This document shows, piece by piece, positions 49,041 to 59,216 of a stretch of 64,000 bases of DNA (its first letter is position 1; each line of letters starts with the position of its first letter). Source of the stretch: an uncultured Bacilli bacterium (lineage in GTDB: Bacteria > Bacillota_I > Bacilli_A > RFN20 > CAG-826). The notes under the pieces are model-generated. The model did no database searches. It saw only the letters and a program-made list of their open reading frames with translations, and had not been told where the DNA came from. The stretch lies in contig CAJOMQ010000009.1 in NCBI GenBank assembly GCA_905236715.1, positions 1,562 to 65,561 on the forward strand, read 5' to 3'. A program made the translations under genes and the position numbers.

Positions 49041-49973
49041 CTACCTCCTCTCATTCTTATTAATCGCTTTTTGGACGACATTAAAGATAATCGTCACAAC
49101 GATAATAATGATGCCTAAAATGACACTTGTGGCGGCGCTTTTGGCAAATTGCAAAGATTCACCATTAATTTTGCCAAAGGCATATGTATAACTTAATAAC
49201 ATCAATGACATTGAGGCATTGCCTTCTGGGCCGCCCCAGTTACCAATGACCAGTGGTTCATAGAAGACTTGGAATATCGAAATGATTTGTAAAATCATTA
49301 ATAAAATCAAAGTGGTACGCATCATCGGAACAGTCAGTTTCCAAAATCTTTGCCAAGGAGAAGTACCATCAATACGGGAAGCTTCATAAATAGAAGAATC
49401 AATATTTTGGAAAGAATTCAAATAAATTAATGCGGTAGCACCTGCACCTTTCCAAGTCATCGCTAAAACAATGATGGGAATAATAATATCGGGATTTGAT
49501 TTCCAAGTATGCGGTGTTCCCCCCAATGAGGAAATAATAATATTCAATATTGAATAAGATTCATCACCATAAATGTTTTTAAATAAAAACACCATAGCAA
49601 TACCACTTATCATGCTAGGCAAATATAACAAAACGCGGAAAACACCTTTTAAATGAATAACTTCAGAGAGTAAAAAACCGAGGAATACCGGCATTAAATA
49701 ACCAATTAATAAAGACCACAAAATATATTTGAAAGTATTAAATAATGCGGTCAAAAAGGCAGCATCTTGCATGATTTCTTCATAATTTTTAAATCCCACG
49801 AACGCGGAATATGAATAATCATTAAAGAAAGATAAGACGACATTTTTGCCCATTGGCACCCAAACAAAAAAAGCAAATAACGCTAAGGGGATAATCATAA
49901 AAGACCATCCCAAAAGGTTACGTTTTAAGACATTCTTAAAATTCTTTTTTCTTTTTGTTTTGGTTTTCTTCAT
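49041..49973 (-). CDS. Carbohydrate ABC transporter permease (MalF-like)
   Basis: IYEASRIDG EAA loop. Confidence 0.92.
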   Translation of the reverse strand: MKKTKTKRKKNFKNVLKRNLLGWSFMIIPLALFAFFVWVPMGKNVVLSFFNDYSYSAFVGFKNYEEIMQDAAFLTALFNTFKYILWSLLIGYLMPVFLGFLLSEVIHLKGVFRVLLYLPSMISGIAMVFLFKNIYGDESYSILNIIISSLGGTPHTWKSNPDIIIPIIVLAMTWKGAGATALIYLNSFQNIDSSIYEASRIDGTSPWQRFWKLTVPMMRTTLILLMILQIISIFQVFYEPLVIGNWGGPEGNASMSLMLLSYTYAFGKINGESLQFAKSAATSVILGIIIIVVTIIFNVVQKAINKNERR

Positions 49974-49990
49974 AAGTAATTATTTAATAA

Positions 49991-51421
49991 TTAATTGTAT
50001 TTTTTATCCAAATATTCTTGGAATTTTGAATTCGCGGTTGTTAAGAGATTTTGTGGATTCGCGGTGGCGTAGCTCTTACCAATGACACCTTTAATCGATT
50101 CATCTAAAAATTCATACATCGCTTGCGTTTCAATTGGTTCTTCACCATGTTTATTTTCCGCAATGTGATCATAGAAGGGGGCAAAATCCACTAAATCGAC
50201 AGAAATATAAGCATTTTCTAATTCTTTAGCTTTGCTCACAAAATCTTCATTAATCCAAGGACGAATGGTTGGTAAAATCGGTTGATTTTTCAATTTGGCC
50301 ACTTCATATCCTTTTTGTATCGCGGCAATATTGGTCTCACTTGTGGAAGGAGAACGACCAATATAATCAAAGAATTTTAAAATACCTTTTACTTTTTCAT
50401 CACTCACACCTTTGGTGAAGACATATGGGGTACCACCATATAAAGAATAATGATGGACACCATCACCAGTGGGCATGGGGACAAAAGCCAAATCATTCAT
50501 ATCCATTTTTCCCACGACCGCGGCATTTTGGATAACGTCATTTCCAACAATAGCCATCGCGACTTGAGAGGATAAAGCACTAGTCCAATCGTTATATACT
50601 TTGGTGATGTCTTTTAATAACAAATCTTCTTGTTTTAATTTGTGAATCCATTTTAAAGCCTCAACGGCGTGTGAATCATTTAAATTGGATACCCATTTAC
50701 CACTACTATCTTTTTTAACGAGATTTTCAGTACCAAAATTCCATGCCATATTGGAAAATTGCCATCCACCTTCTTTATTATCAGAAAGAATTAATATACC
50801 TTTGACACTTTCACCAGAATTTTCATTAATTTCGGTGGCGATATCATAGATTTGTTCAAAAGTAGTCGGATAAACAGGAGTGTTATCACTCTTATAGATG
50901 GAATATTGGCCATCAATTGGTTGGCCATTATCATCTACTTTATTGGGGAAGAAATCAGTGTTATCACCAATGAGTTTTTTATTGATGATAAGACCTAATC
51001 CATATCCATCACGAGGAATACCATATAATTTGCCATCAGTCAATTGTTGTTTCATTTCACTATCCATCTTATCAATCCAACCATTTTCGGTCATGATATC
51101 GGTGATATCGCGAATAAAATTATTAGCCACTAAAGTGGGTGGTTCAGTAAACCAAGTTTGCCAAACATCAGGTAATTGATTAGCTAAAGCTTTTTGGGCG
51201 ACTGTCGATAATGAATATGTATATGGTTCACCTTTAATGACATATTCGGGATTATCTCTTTCAAAAGCTTCTTTCCATTCTTGATACATGGCCACATCTT
51301 TGGTTTCGGTAGAATCGGGCCAAAAACCAATTTTTAAAACGATTTTACCGGATGTAGCACCACATCCTGATAAAACACCAAGAGCCAAAAAAGAAGTGAC
51401 AAATAAAAGTTTATTTTTCAT
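49991..51421 (-). CDS. Sugar ABC transporter substrate-binding lipoprotein
   Basis: LSGC lipobox; LPDV...LYGIP...NKKL motifs. Confidence 0.9.
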   Translation of the reverse strand: MKNKLLFVTSFLALGVLSGCGATSGKIVLKIGFWPDSTETKDVAMYQEWKEAFERDNPEYVIKGEPYTYSLSTVAQKALANQLPDVWQTWFTEPPTLVANNFIRDITDIMTENGWIDKMDSEMKQQLTDGKLYGIPRDGYGLGLIINKKLIGDNTDFFPNKVDDNGQPIDGQYSIYKSDNTPVYPTTFEQIYDIATEINENSGESVKGILILSDNKEGGWQFSNMAWNFGTENLVKKDSSGKWVSNLNDSHAVEALKWIHKLKQEDLLLKDITKVYNDWTSALSSQVAMAIVGNDVIQNAAVVGKMDMNDLAFVPMPTGDGVHHYSLYGGTPYVFTKGVSDEKVKGILKFFDYIGRSPSTSETNIAAIQKGYEVAKLKNQPILPTIRPWINEDFVSKAKELENAYISVDLVDFAPFYDHIAENKHGEEPIETQAMYEFLDESIKGVIGKSYATANPQNLLTTANSKFQEYLDKKYN

Positions 51422-51440
51422 AAGGATACCTCGCTAAGAA

Positions 51441-51467
51441 GTTCCCCGGGCTTAGAGCCCAGGGAAC
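51441..51467. other. GC-rich intergenic stem-loop (mRNA stability or attenuation element)
   Basis: GTTCCCCGGGCT-tag-AGCCCAGGGAAC between the genes ending at 51482 and starting at 51421. Confidence 0.5.
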
Positions 51468-51481
51468 AAAATGAATGTTGA

Positions 51482-53980
51482 TTAAAGAATATCGCTATAG
51501 GAATCGACCACTAATTGGTAAGGAGAGTGATCAAAGAAAGCGGTGAAATTAGAGAGGGTCACACTATGACCACCCATGGAAGCATCACCATAGTGAGTAT
51601 GGAATCCTATTTCAAATAGGCCACCATCGGCAAGTGTTAAGGTGACAAATTCGCCAGCGGTCGGAATAATGTCATCAGCACCGAGGACACTACCATCATC
51701 AAGAGTGGCAATTAATTTACCAGCATTAACAGCGTATACACCTGTACTGAGTTCGAAACGGAAGGAACCAAATGTGGATACACCATCACCAGCAATTTTC
51801 ATTCTTAAAGCTCTAGCGCCTGCATATTGTGTATAAACCCATCCGCCATAGACATAATCTTTACCTTCATCAACTGTTAAGGTCACTGTTGATGCATCTC
51901 CAATTTGGAATTCATTGCTATGACCTTCAATTAATAAATTAACGCCTTTAAGTGTGATTTTTCCAGTAAATTCACCACCGGCATGGACAGTTAAATTAGC
52001 AGTGCCATCAATGGTGAATTCGTGTTCTTTTAAGTCAAAGACAAGAACAATACCTTCGCCATCAAGAACATCACCATTTTTCACTGCGGCACCAGTTTTG
52101 CCATTAATAGCGGTTAAACCATCATGGAACCATTTGGTAGCGCCGAGTTCAAGTCTGATAGAATCAACAGGAGCTTCAGTGGCATCTAATCTTAATGCGA
52201 GATAACGACTCTTAACTTGGGAGCCCCAAGCAATAGCGGCATAATTCGCTAAATCGAGTTCTTCATCACGGCTAATACCACAAGCAGCGGTTGGATCGGC
52301 AGCTAAATCGAGTTTGTCATTAGCAACAAAGATAGAGTTAACTAATAATTCTTCGCTATTGCCGGCATAGATATTAATTAAATCACCCATTTCAACTTCG
52401 TGTTGACTTAAATCGATAACATACCAGGAATAGCCATCTTTAGTTGGATAGGAACTAGCGGCTTCCTTGGATGTTAAACCTTTGGCAGCAAGAGAAGAAT
52501 TGAGCCAAATAGCAGGATTGCTACCAATTTCCACACGGAAGGTATCAATATCAGCAGCGGAGGCTTTAATTTCAAACACTAAATAACGATGTCCACCGAC
52601 GAGGTGTTTGGTGCCGAGGGTTAATTCGGTATAATCAGAGTCTCCTTTAGGAGCAAAGACTAAATTGTTTCCATCCATAGAAAGAGCAGCTGAATTTTTA
52701 TAAGAGACCCAACCATTGAGGTCGGCATCATCATCAAGAGTCCACGCAGTAGGAATTTGTGCAGAACTTCTGGTTCTATTGAAGTTATCAAAAACAACGG
52801 CGTTTTCGGTATCTAAAATAGGAGCAGCGATTTTTTCAGCCGGAGCGCCGAAAGAAGATAAGAAGACTTGGTCTAATTCAATTTTAGAGGTGGATGTCAC
52901 GCGGTAAGCAGTAACATCTTCACCCGCTAAGCCTGATTTTTCTAAATCGATAGCTAATGGGCCATAAACACCACTAGCGGCGCTAACGACAGCATTACCA
53001 TCTTTATCTTTTAAATCAGCCCAGGAAACAGCGGTGCCTTCACTACTACCTTTCACAGGAACAATAGCGGTACCAGTGGTATCACCATTAATGTCTAACA
53101 CTAATTGTGTTTCACCTTTTTGTTCAGTGGTTAATGCAGGTGTGGTATAGGCTTTATTTCCTTCTAAAGCGAGACCATGACGGACGATGTAACCTGACGC
53201 AGAGTCACACCACCAAGAACCCATATTATTAGGTTTGGAGAAATCTAATCTTGAGAAATCATCAACTAAAGCACTGACACCGGCGGATGTACGGTTAATG
53301 CTAGCGATTTCGATGAGGGAAGATACTTCTTTATTAGCGGCATATAAATGGAAGCCAACTTGTTCATTAAGAACAACGACATCGCTTTCACCATATGTGG
53401 TTTCGGCATCTTCGATGGTGGATAATAAATCAATAGTCATGTCTTGGAATTCATTTGTTAAGGCTGGTAATGGTTCAGCATCTTCATTAAGAGCCTCATT
53501 CAAAGGAATTTCATATAGAGGTACATCATCATTACCTCTCATGGCGAGAATTAAGTTTTCTAATGGAAGTTCTCCTTCCACGACTCGCATCTTGAATGTG
53601 ATAGATGTAGCAGGGCCAAAAGCACCAGCGGCCATCTTATAAATGGATTTACTATCGTTGGTCGGGAAGTTAACATCTTCACTATCGACAACAGCGGAAA
53701 GATATCCATCATGGATTGTGCCATCGGTATTGCCATTAATGGTCGCGGCAGAAAAATCGTCTAACATCGTATCGAATTCAGCATCGAATTTTCTTGTCAC
53801 AGCATTATCAGGTAATCCTTTGACATAACCAGGACGATGTTGCATTTTATCTCCTTGAGAGGAAGAATCGCCAGATTGGTCGGGACTGTTAGATGGTGTT
53901 CTACTACCACAGCCCGCTAACAACATCGCGAGGGTGATGGGCAAGCTTGCCCAAATGAGTTTTTGTTTTTTCATGTTCAT
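51482..53980 (-). CDS. Large lipoprotein of unknown function in the carbohydrate locus
   Basis: LAGC lipobox; repeated (L/V)DDF / FDNF domain starts; no catalytic motif recognised. Confidence 0.8.
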   Translation of the reverse strand: MNMKKQKLIWASLPITLAMLLAGCGSRTPSNSPDQSGDSSSQGDKMQHRPGYVKGLPDNAVTRKFDAEFDTMLDDFSAATINGNTDGTIHDGYLSAVVDSEDVNFPTNDSKSIYKMAAGAFGPATSITFKMRVVEGELPLENLILAMRGNDDVPLYEIPLNEALNEDAEPLPALTNEFQDMTIDLLSTIEDAETTYGESDVVVLNEQVGFHLYAANKEVSSLIEIASINRTSAGVSALVDDFSRLDFSKPNNMGSWWCDSASGYIVRHGLALEGNKAYTTPALTTEQKGETQLVLDINGDTTGTAIVPVKGSSEGTAVSWADLKDKDGNAVVSAASGVYGPLAIDLEKSGLAGEDVTAYRVTSTSKIELDQVFLSSFGAPAEKIAAPILDTENAVVFDNFNRTRSSAQIPTAWTLDDDADLNGWVSYKNSAALSMDGNNLVFAPKGDSDYTELTLGTKHLVGGHRYLVFEIKASAADIDTFRVEIGSNPAIWLNSSLAAKGLTSKEAASSYPTKDGYSWYVIDLSQHEVEMGDLINIYAGNSEELLVNSIFVANDKLDLAADPTAACGISRDEELDLANYAAIAWGSQVKSRYLALRLDATEAPVDSIRLELGATKWFHDGLTAINGKTGAAVKNGDVLDGEGIVLVFDLKEHEFTIDGTANLTVHAGGEFTGKITLKGVNLLIEGHSNEFQIGDASTVTLTVDEGKDYVYGGWVYTQYAGARALRMKIAGDGVSTFGSFRFELSTGVYAVNAGKLIATLDDGSVLGADDIIPTAGEFVTLTLADGGLFEIGFHTHYGDASMGGHSVTLSNFTAFFDHSPYQLVVDSYSDIL

Positions 53981-54005
53981 TCCTTTCTAAATATTATGGA
54001 ATTTA

Positions 54006-56651
54006 TTATTTGGCTCCATATGCACTAACTTCGGATAGTTGCGCCCCATATCCTCCGATAGCGTCATTGGAACTAATAACCAGTTTTAAATAGCGACATT
54101 GAATATCATTCATCGCCACCGTATTAATTGATCCTGTAACAGGGTCAAAGTTGTAAGCGGTATTAGCTACCGCCACCACAAAGGAAGTTGTTTGTTTGTT
54201 ATAAGCGAGATTACTATCAGAAACGGAGATTTCAATTTCTTCATTTCTCGCGGACCATTTGAGGTCGGGAATCAAACGTAAAACAACGGTTTTTAATTTA
54301 TAAACATCACCTAAATCAATGACGATAGTCGCGGGTAATGTCTTTGATTCATAATAAGAAGTACCATCTGGTCTACCATCGACAATTCTTTCCACGTTAT
54401 ATACATCAGCATGTTCGGTTGATTCCACAATCGAGGCACCTAATGTCAATGATGGAGGGAAGAATTCAATTTCGGCGATTTGATATTTTTGTGGCGCTAA
54501 AACACCACTATTGCGGAAAAATCTAATTTGAATACCGGCATATTGTGCACTGACGATATTGACATCGATGACATTGCCATCTTTCGGTGTCATTAAATAA
54601 TCAGTCTTCGTGGACAAAATGGTATATTTATCACTGACTGTGGAATCAGATTTTAATTTTTTGGCAAAAATAGAGAAGCTGTAATTATAAGCATAAATGT
54701 TATCTTGGGCGGTTTTTAAGCGAATAGCACCCACGGTGTGTAAATCGTTAAATTCAATGGTTAACGCTGCAAATTCGGCATCTTCATTGGTCCAATTGCC
54801 AGATGTATAACAAGTAGTTGCATCATCATCGATAACCGCGGAGCCATTATTACCAAAAGTCCCGGTTCCATCATCGGCGGGAACGGTATTTTTCGTTCCC
54901 ACACCATGTGTGGCTTCCACACCCCAAGATAATTCTTTTTCTAGTTTTTCACCAATATAGGGAAGTTCACCGCTGCTACGCGCAAATTCAGGAACAATAG
55001 CGCCGCCTTGAGTGACATTTTCTTTATTAACGTGATCAACATCATTATTTAATAAATGCAAAGAATATGGGAGATGGATATAAGCACCTAATACTTTATT
55101 TGCGGAGGTATATGTGATATCTTCCACATAATCATTCGTACGGATATCTAAAGTATTGATATTGGTCACTAATTGACCATTAATTTCTAAGCCTTCAATA
55201 TGGACATGAGAAATTTTGGTATCTTTTCCTTCCCCTTGGATACGAGAAACAATGGATGGTAACATCTTATAGACTTTGACATTTTTCACATTAATACCAT
55301 CAACTGTGCCTCTAATATTTAATGAAGATGACCAATCGATGTTATAAGCGATGACAAAATCCATTAAGAAATCATTTTCCCCATCATCACGGTTATCGCC
55401 TAAAGTTTGGCAATCTTCCACAGTGATATTTTCATAAGTGACATTTTTGATATTTGCATCATCACAGTTATGTAAAGAAATGACCGCTTTGTGCATCGCG
55501 TGCACGACTGTAACATCTTTAAAGGTAATGTTTTCCATGTGCTCGCCGTGTGTTTCATATCCCACTTCCATTGATTGGGCTAAATCAGTCCAAACAGTGA
55601 CATCATGAATATTGATATGATCGGTTTGTCCTTTATCGACGTTTTTGACCACTAAAGAATCATCCCAGGTACGGACATAACCGCCATTAACTTCGACATC
55701 TTCACAAGATTGCAGAGAAATACCATCACCATTACTTCTAGCGGTGATGATTTTCACGTTATTGATATGAACATTTTTACACCAATAGATATTTAATGCC
55801 CAGCCAGCGGGGTCAAAGAAGCAAATATCTTCAATGGTGAGATTATTCACCTTGCGCATCACAACGGGGATGTAATAATCGGAATCATCATTACGGGAAT
55901 AAATGCTTCCGGAAACAATACCTCTACCTCTAATGGTGACATTATCGACACCTTCAGTGGAGAATTGGCCATAGACATAAGCACCTCCCGCGAGATAAAT
56001 TTCTGTATTATCTTTAATGGGGAAAGCACCAGCATAATAAACACCAGGTCCCACATATATTAAATTAGGATCACTAGCAGCTTGTTCGGCGGTCACGGGA
56101 TTAGTTTCTAAGGGGTTAGCAAATAATTGCACCGCGGTCGTATAATCACCATTTATCTCAACGACATAATTGTCGTTATATTCTAAATCAAAGGAAACTT
56201 TTTTATTGTTAATAGTTGGCGCAATGCCATAGACAAGTGGACGAATCAGCGCGGATTGCACTTTTTCCACTTCTTTGAATTCTAGTTCGACATGCACTTT
56301 GCCTTCAAAATCAAATATGGCGGCATATGTCATCGTATTAGGCGCGGTCCACGAGAAGACACGGCCATGATTAACACGCGTTTCATAGACGAATACATCG
56401 TGGTCATTAACTTTGACATCAACATAGGAAGAACTAGTCATTAATGATGGTCCTTCATATGTCACTAATTTGGTCTTCGTTATTTGCGTTTCACCAGCAA
56501 TAAAATTTTCTTCGTTGTAATAAGCTGTGGGATCAATATCATCGATTGGTCCACTATTAGAAGAGGAATCAGAAACTTTCCCACAAGAAAATAGACAAAA
56601 AGCAAAAGAAAATAAGACAGCAAAAATACCTTTGAATTTCGTATTTTTCAT
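54006..56651 (-). CDS. Lipoprotein beta-helix glycoside hydrolase (GH28-like) with C-terminal discoidin/F5-8-type domains
   Basis: LFSC lipobox; YVGPGVY, NGDGISLQSC and RTWDDSLVVK motifs; C-terminal IVIDLG...RYLKLVI...LSEVSAYG. Confidence 0.85.
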   Translation of the reverse strand: MKNTKFKGIFAVLFSFAFCLFSCGKVSDSSSNSGPIDDIDPTAYYNEENFIAGETQITKTKLVTYEGPSLMTSSSYVDVKVNDHDVFVYETRVNHGRVFSWTAPNTMTYAAIFDFEGKVHVELEFKEVEKVQSALIRPLVYGIAPTINNKKVSFDLEYNDNYVVEINGDYTTAVQLFANPLETNPVTAEQAASDPNLIYVGPGVYYAGAFPIKDNTEIYLAGGAYVYGQFSTEGVDNVTIRGRGIVSGSIYSRNDDSDYYIPVVMRKVNNLTIEDICFFDPAGWALNIYWCKNVHINNVKIITARSNGDGISLQSCEDVEVNGGYVRTWDDSLVVKNVDKGQTDHINIHDVTVWTDLAQSMEVGYETHGEHMENITFKDVTVVHAMHKAVISLHNCDDANIKNVTYENITVEDCQTLGDNRDDGENDFLMDFVIAYNIDWSSSLNIRGTVDGINVKNVKVYKMLPSIVSRIQGEGKDTKISHVHIEGLEINGQLVTNINTLDIRTNDYVEDITYTSANKVLGAYIHLPYSLHLLNNDVDHVNKENVTQGGAIVPEFARSSGELPYIGEKLEKELSWGVEATHGVGTKNTVPADDGTGTFGNNGSAVIDDDATTCYTSGNWTNEDAEFAALTIEFNDLHTVGAIRLKTAQDNIYAYNYSFSIFAKKLKSDSTVSDKYTILSTKTDYLMTPKDGNVIDVNIVSAQYAGIQIRFFRNSGVLAPQKYQIAEIEFFPPSLTLGASIVESTEHADVYNVERIVDGRPDGTSYYESKTLPATIVIDLGDVYKLKTVVLRLIPDLKWSARNEEIEISVSDSNLAYNKQTTSFVVAVANTAYNFDPVTGSINTVAMNDIQCRYLKLVISSNDAIGGYGAQLSEVSAYGAK

Positions 56652-56710
56652 AAAAGCATCCTTCTTATGCTTTCATTATCTAGGAAAATCATCACAAAAT
56701 AAAGTCTTTT

Positions 56711-56724
56711 GTTAACCGGTTAAC
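56711..56724. promoter_or_regulatory. LacI-type operator GTTAACCGGTTAAC
   Basis: Perfect palindrome downstream of a minus-strand TATAAT (56735-56740); extra GTTAAC sites at about 56766-56795. Confidence 0.75.
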
Positions 56725-56819
56725 TAGATTTTTAATTATATACACAGAGTGTATATTATTTTTGTGTTAACTAAATGTTAACTATATTTGTTAACCAAAA
56801 TATTATGATGGGATGAAAG

Positions 56820-57851
56820 TTATTTAATATTTTTGACTGATTGTCTGACCACTAAAGAGGTCTTAATGACCACGGCTTCTTGGTCAACTTTAACATTTTC
56901 GTTTAGTTGATTAATCATGGTCAAAGCACTTAGGCGGCCTTTTTCACGAATGGATTGATGAATAGTCGTTAAAGCGGGATAGATATAACGAGCGGCCTGA
57001 ATATCATCAAAACCCACAATTGATAGTTCGTCTGGTATTTTATGACCTAATTCATTAAGACGACGAATAACACCGATAGCGATAATATCCGCCGCACAGA
57101 CAATCGCGGTCATCTCATCAATATGACTGGCAATTTCTTCTGCGATTGCGTATCCACCATCGAAGGTCGCAGGAATTTTATATACATGTTTGTTATCCAA
57201 ATTGAGATGATTTTCTTCTAGCGCTTGTAAATAACCAACATATCGCATGTCATCCACAAGAGAATTATTGATATTCCCGCCGATAAAACCAATATTTTGA
57301 TGGCCACAATCAATGAGATATTTGGTCGCATTATATGAACCACCTTTATCATCGACACGAATATTCTTAAAGGCGGGTGAATATGATTCATATACATCCA
57401 CGAGGACAACAGCAATACCTAATTTTTGTACCGCTTCATATATTTCGCTAGGAAATAATCCCATCATGACAATACCTTCAAGGTTTCTGGATTTCACCCA
57501 TCTGGTAAATTCATTAGCGTCCATCAAGGAACCGATAATGATGTCATACCCTTCTTTGATCATCTCTTTTTCAAAATAACCAAGAAATTCGCCATAGAAG
57601 GGGTTGTTAACGAAAGCTTCGGAAGCGTCTTTAAAAGGAAGACAAAGGGCCACTAGATGCGATTTGCCTGTGGATAATGTCACCGCAGTGGTATCAGGAA
57701 TATAGCCAGTTTGTTCCATGGCTTTGAGGATTCTTTGTTTAGTTTCTTGACTAACCTTACCCTTGCCATTAATAACATAACTAACCGAAGCACTAGAAAC
57801 ACCGGCAATTTTGGCAATGTCATAAATGGAGACTTTTTTGTGATTTCTCAT
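56820..57851 (-). CDS. LacI-family transcriptional regulator
   Basis: SIYDIAKIAGVSSASVSYVIN HTH; SIVGFDD...LTTIHQ. Confidence 0.95.
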   Translation of the reverse strand: MRNHKKVSIYDIAKIAGVSSASVSYVINGKGKVSQETKQRILKAMEQTGYIPDTTAVTLSTGKSHLVALCLPFKDASEAFVNNPFYGEFLGYFEKEMIKEGYDIIIGSLMDANEFTRWVKSRNLEGIVMMGLFPSEIYEAVQKLGIAVVLVDVYESYSPAFKNIRVDDKGGSYNATKYLIDCGHQNIGFIGGNINNSLVDDMRYVGYLQALEENHLNLDNKHVYKIPATFDGGYAIAEEIASHIDEMTAIVCAADIIAIGVIRRLNELGHKIPDELSIVGFDDIQAARYIYPALTTIHQSIREKGRLSALTMINQLNENVKVDQEAVVIKTSLVVRQSVKNIK

Positions 57852-57909
57852 ACTATCATTTATTATCTTTTTTCTCAGAAAATATTTACCCTCTATTTGA
57901 AGATTATAT

Positions 57910-58959
57910 TTATTCGCTTATTTCTTTGATGAAATGCAAAAATTCTTTGAAGCGTGGTAAAGCAAAAGTTATCTTATTTCGATAATTTGCTTCGATAATA
58001 CCTTTTAAGAACAAGGCTTTCTTATAGTTAGAAAATTGATTAGAAGGGATGTTGAAGGTTTCTTGCAAATATTTGCTTTCGGGATTATCAATCGCGGTTA
58101 AAACGATTTCTTTTTCCTTTTCTGATAATTCATCAAAAACAAAGTTATATGATCTTTCTTGCAAGGCTTCATCATATTTTTGTAAAACAAATTTATCCGC
58201 CTCTTTTTTACCACTTCTAAATAAAATGTCACCCAGTAATTGATATGCAAAAGCATATCCATTTGTTAATTTAGTTAATTTAATAGCGGCTTTTTCTTCG
58301 ATGCCAAAGACATTCATATAACTATTGGTAATTGACCTTTTATTGAGTTCGCCCAAATAAATACGTGGGGCTCTAATAAGGAATGTCAAATTCTTTTGCT
58401 TTGTTAATGAAACAATATTTTTGTATAAACCTGTCATTAATAGGAATACTGGGAAATCATCGCGGAGTAATAATTGATATTCATGGCAGAAAACCTTCAT
58501 GAAATCAGTATTAGAAACTTCATCTATTGTTATTAAGACTTTATATTGTTTCTTTGATAAATATTCTAATTCTCTTTTTAATAAAGTAGAGATGTTGAGA
58601 ATAGGTTCACTACCGGAAATAGAAAAACCAAAACCTTTAAAGGAAAAATTAAATTCCGTTTTTACAAAAAGCTTTTTCAATTTGCCTTCGTCAATCAACT
58701 TCGACGCTAATTGTTCAAGCATGTCACTATCAGGATTTAATTCAACGACTATCCATTGATCCATTTTCTTAAATTTATCGGAAACATATTTCATAGCAAC
58801 AGTTTTTCCAGAACCTCTGGCTCCACTGATTATATATGCTTGAGAATTGCTGTTTTCGCTTAGAAAAGAATCATATATCTCATTCATTTCGATATCTCTA
58901 GAAATAATCGCTTTTGGTTCAACGCCAAATAAAACATTAAAAGGATTGGTTTTTGTCAT
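57910..58959 (-). CDS. AAA+ (STAND/Orc-Cdc6-like) ATPase with C-terminal winged helix
   Basis: NPF..FG..P start, GARGSGKT Walker A, ITIDEV Walker B, C-terminal LSEKEKEIV...LFLKGII...FALPRF. Confidence 0.85.
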   Translation of the reverse strand: MTKTNPFNVLFGVEPKAIISRDIEMNEIYDSFLSENSNSQAYIISGARGSGKTVAMKYVSDKFKKMDQWIVVELNPDSDMLEQLASKLIDEGKLKKLFVKTEFNFSFKGFGFSISGSEPILNISTLLKRELEYLSKKQYKVLITIDEVSNTDFMKVFCHEYQLLLRDDFPVFLLMTGLYKNIVSLTKQKNLTFLIRAPRIYLGELNKRSITNSYMNVFGIEEKAAIKLTKLTNGYAFAYQLLGDILFRSGKKEADKFVLQKYDEALQERSYNFVFDELSEKEKEIVLTAIDNPESKYLQETFNIPSNQFSNYKKALFLKGIIEANYRNKITFALPRFKEFLHFIKEISE

Positions 58960-58979
58960 TATTCTTCACCTCTATAAAT

Positions 58980-59008
58980 AGTATATTTAACAAAAAATGA
59001 ACTTTCAA
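58980..59008 (-). promoter_or_regulatory. Sigma-70/SigA promoter TTGAAA-17-TATACT of the ATPase gene
   Basis: Near-consensus; followed by a GAGGTG SD and ATG 58959. Confidence 0.75.
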
Positions 59009-59091
59009 TTTTTTTGTGAACTTTTGTGAACTTGAATGAACTTTGTGAACTTTTGTGAACTTTTAAATTTTTTGTGAACTTTTGTGAACTT
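58998..59091 (+). repeat. Iteron-like array of eight TGAACTT boxes
   Basis: Boxes start at 58998, 59017, 59027, 59037, 59046, 59056, 59075 and 59085. Confidence 0.9.
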
Positions 59092-59216
59092 CACTATAAA
59101 GTAATGAGTGTTTTTTGATATAAAAAAGATTTTTCGGAAATAAAATTTCCGAATAATCAATAGATGTTACAAATATTACAACAAGCAAAATGCGTTAAGT
59201 TGTTTGGCTAACTAAT

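Noticed and set aside
58998-59091. Possible CRISPR array
   Set aside because: Units are 10/29 bp with no unique 25-40 bp spacers, and there are no cas genes.
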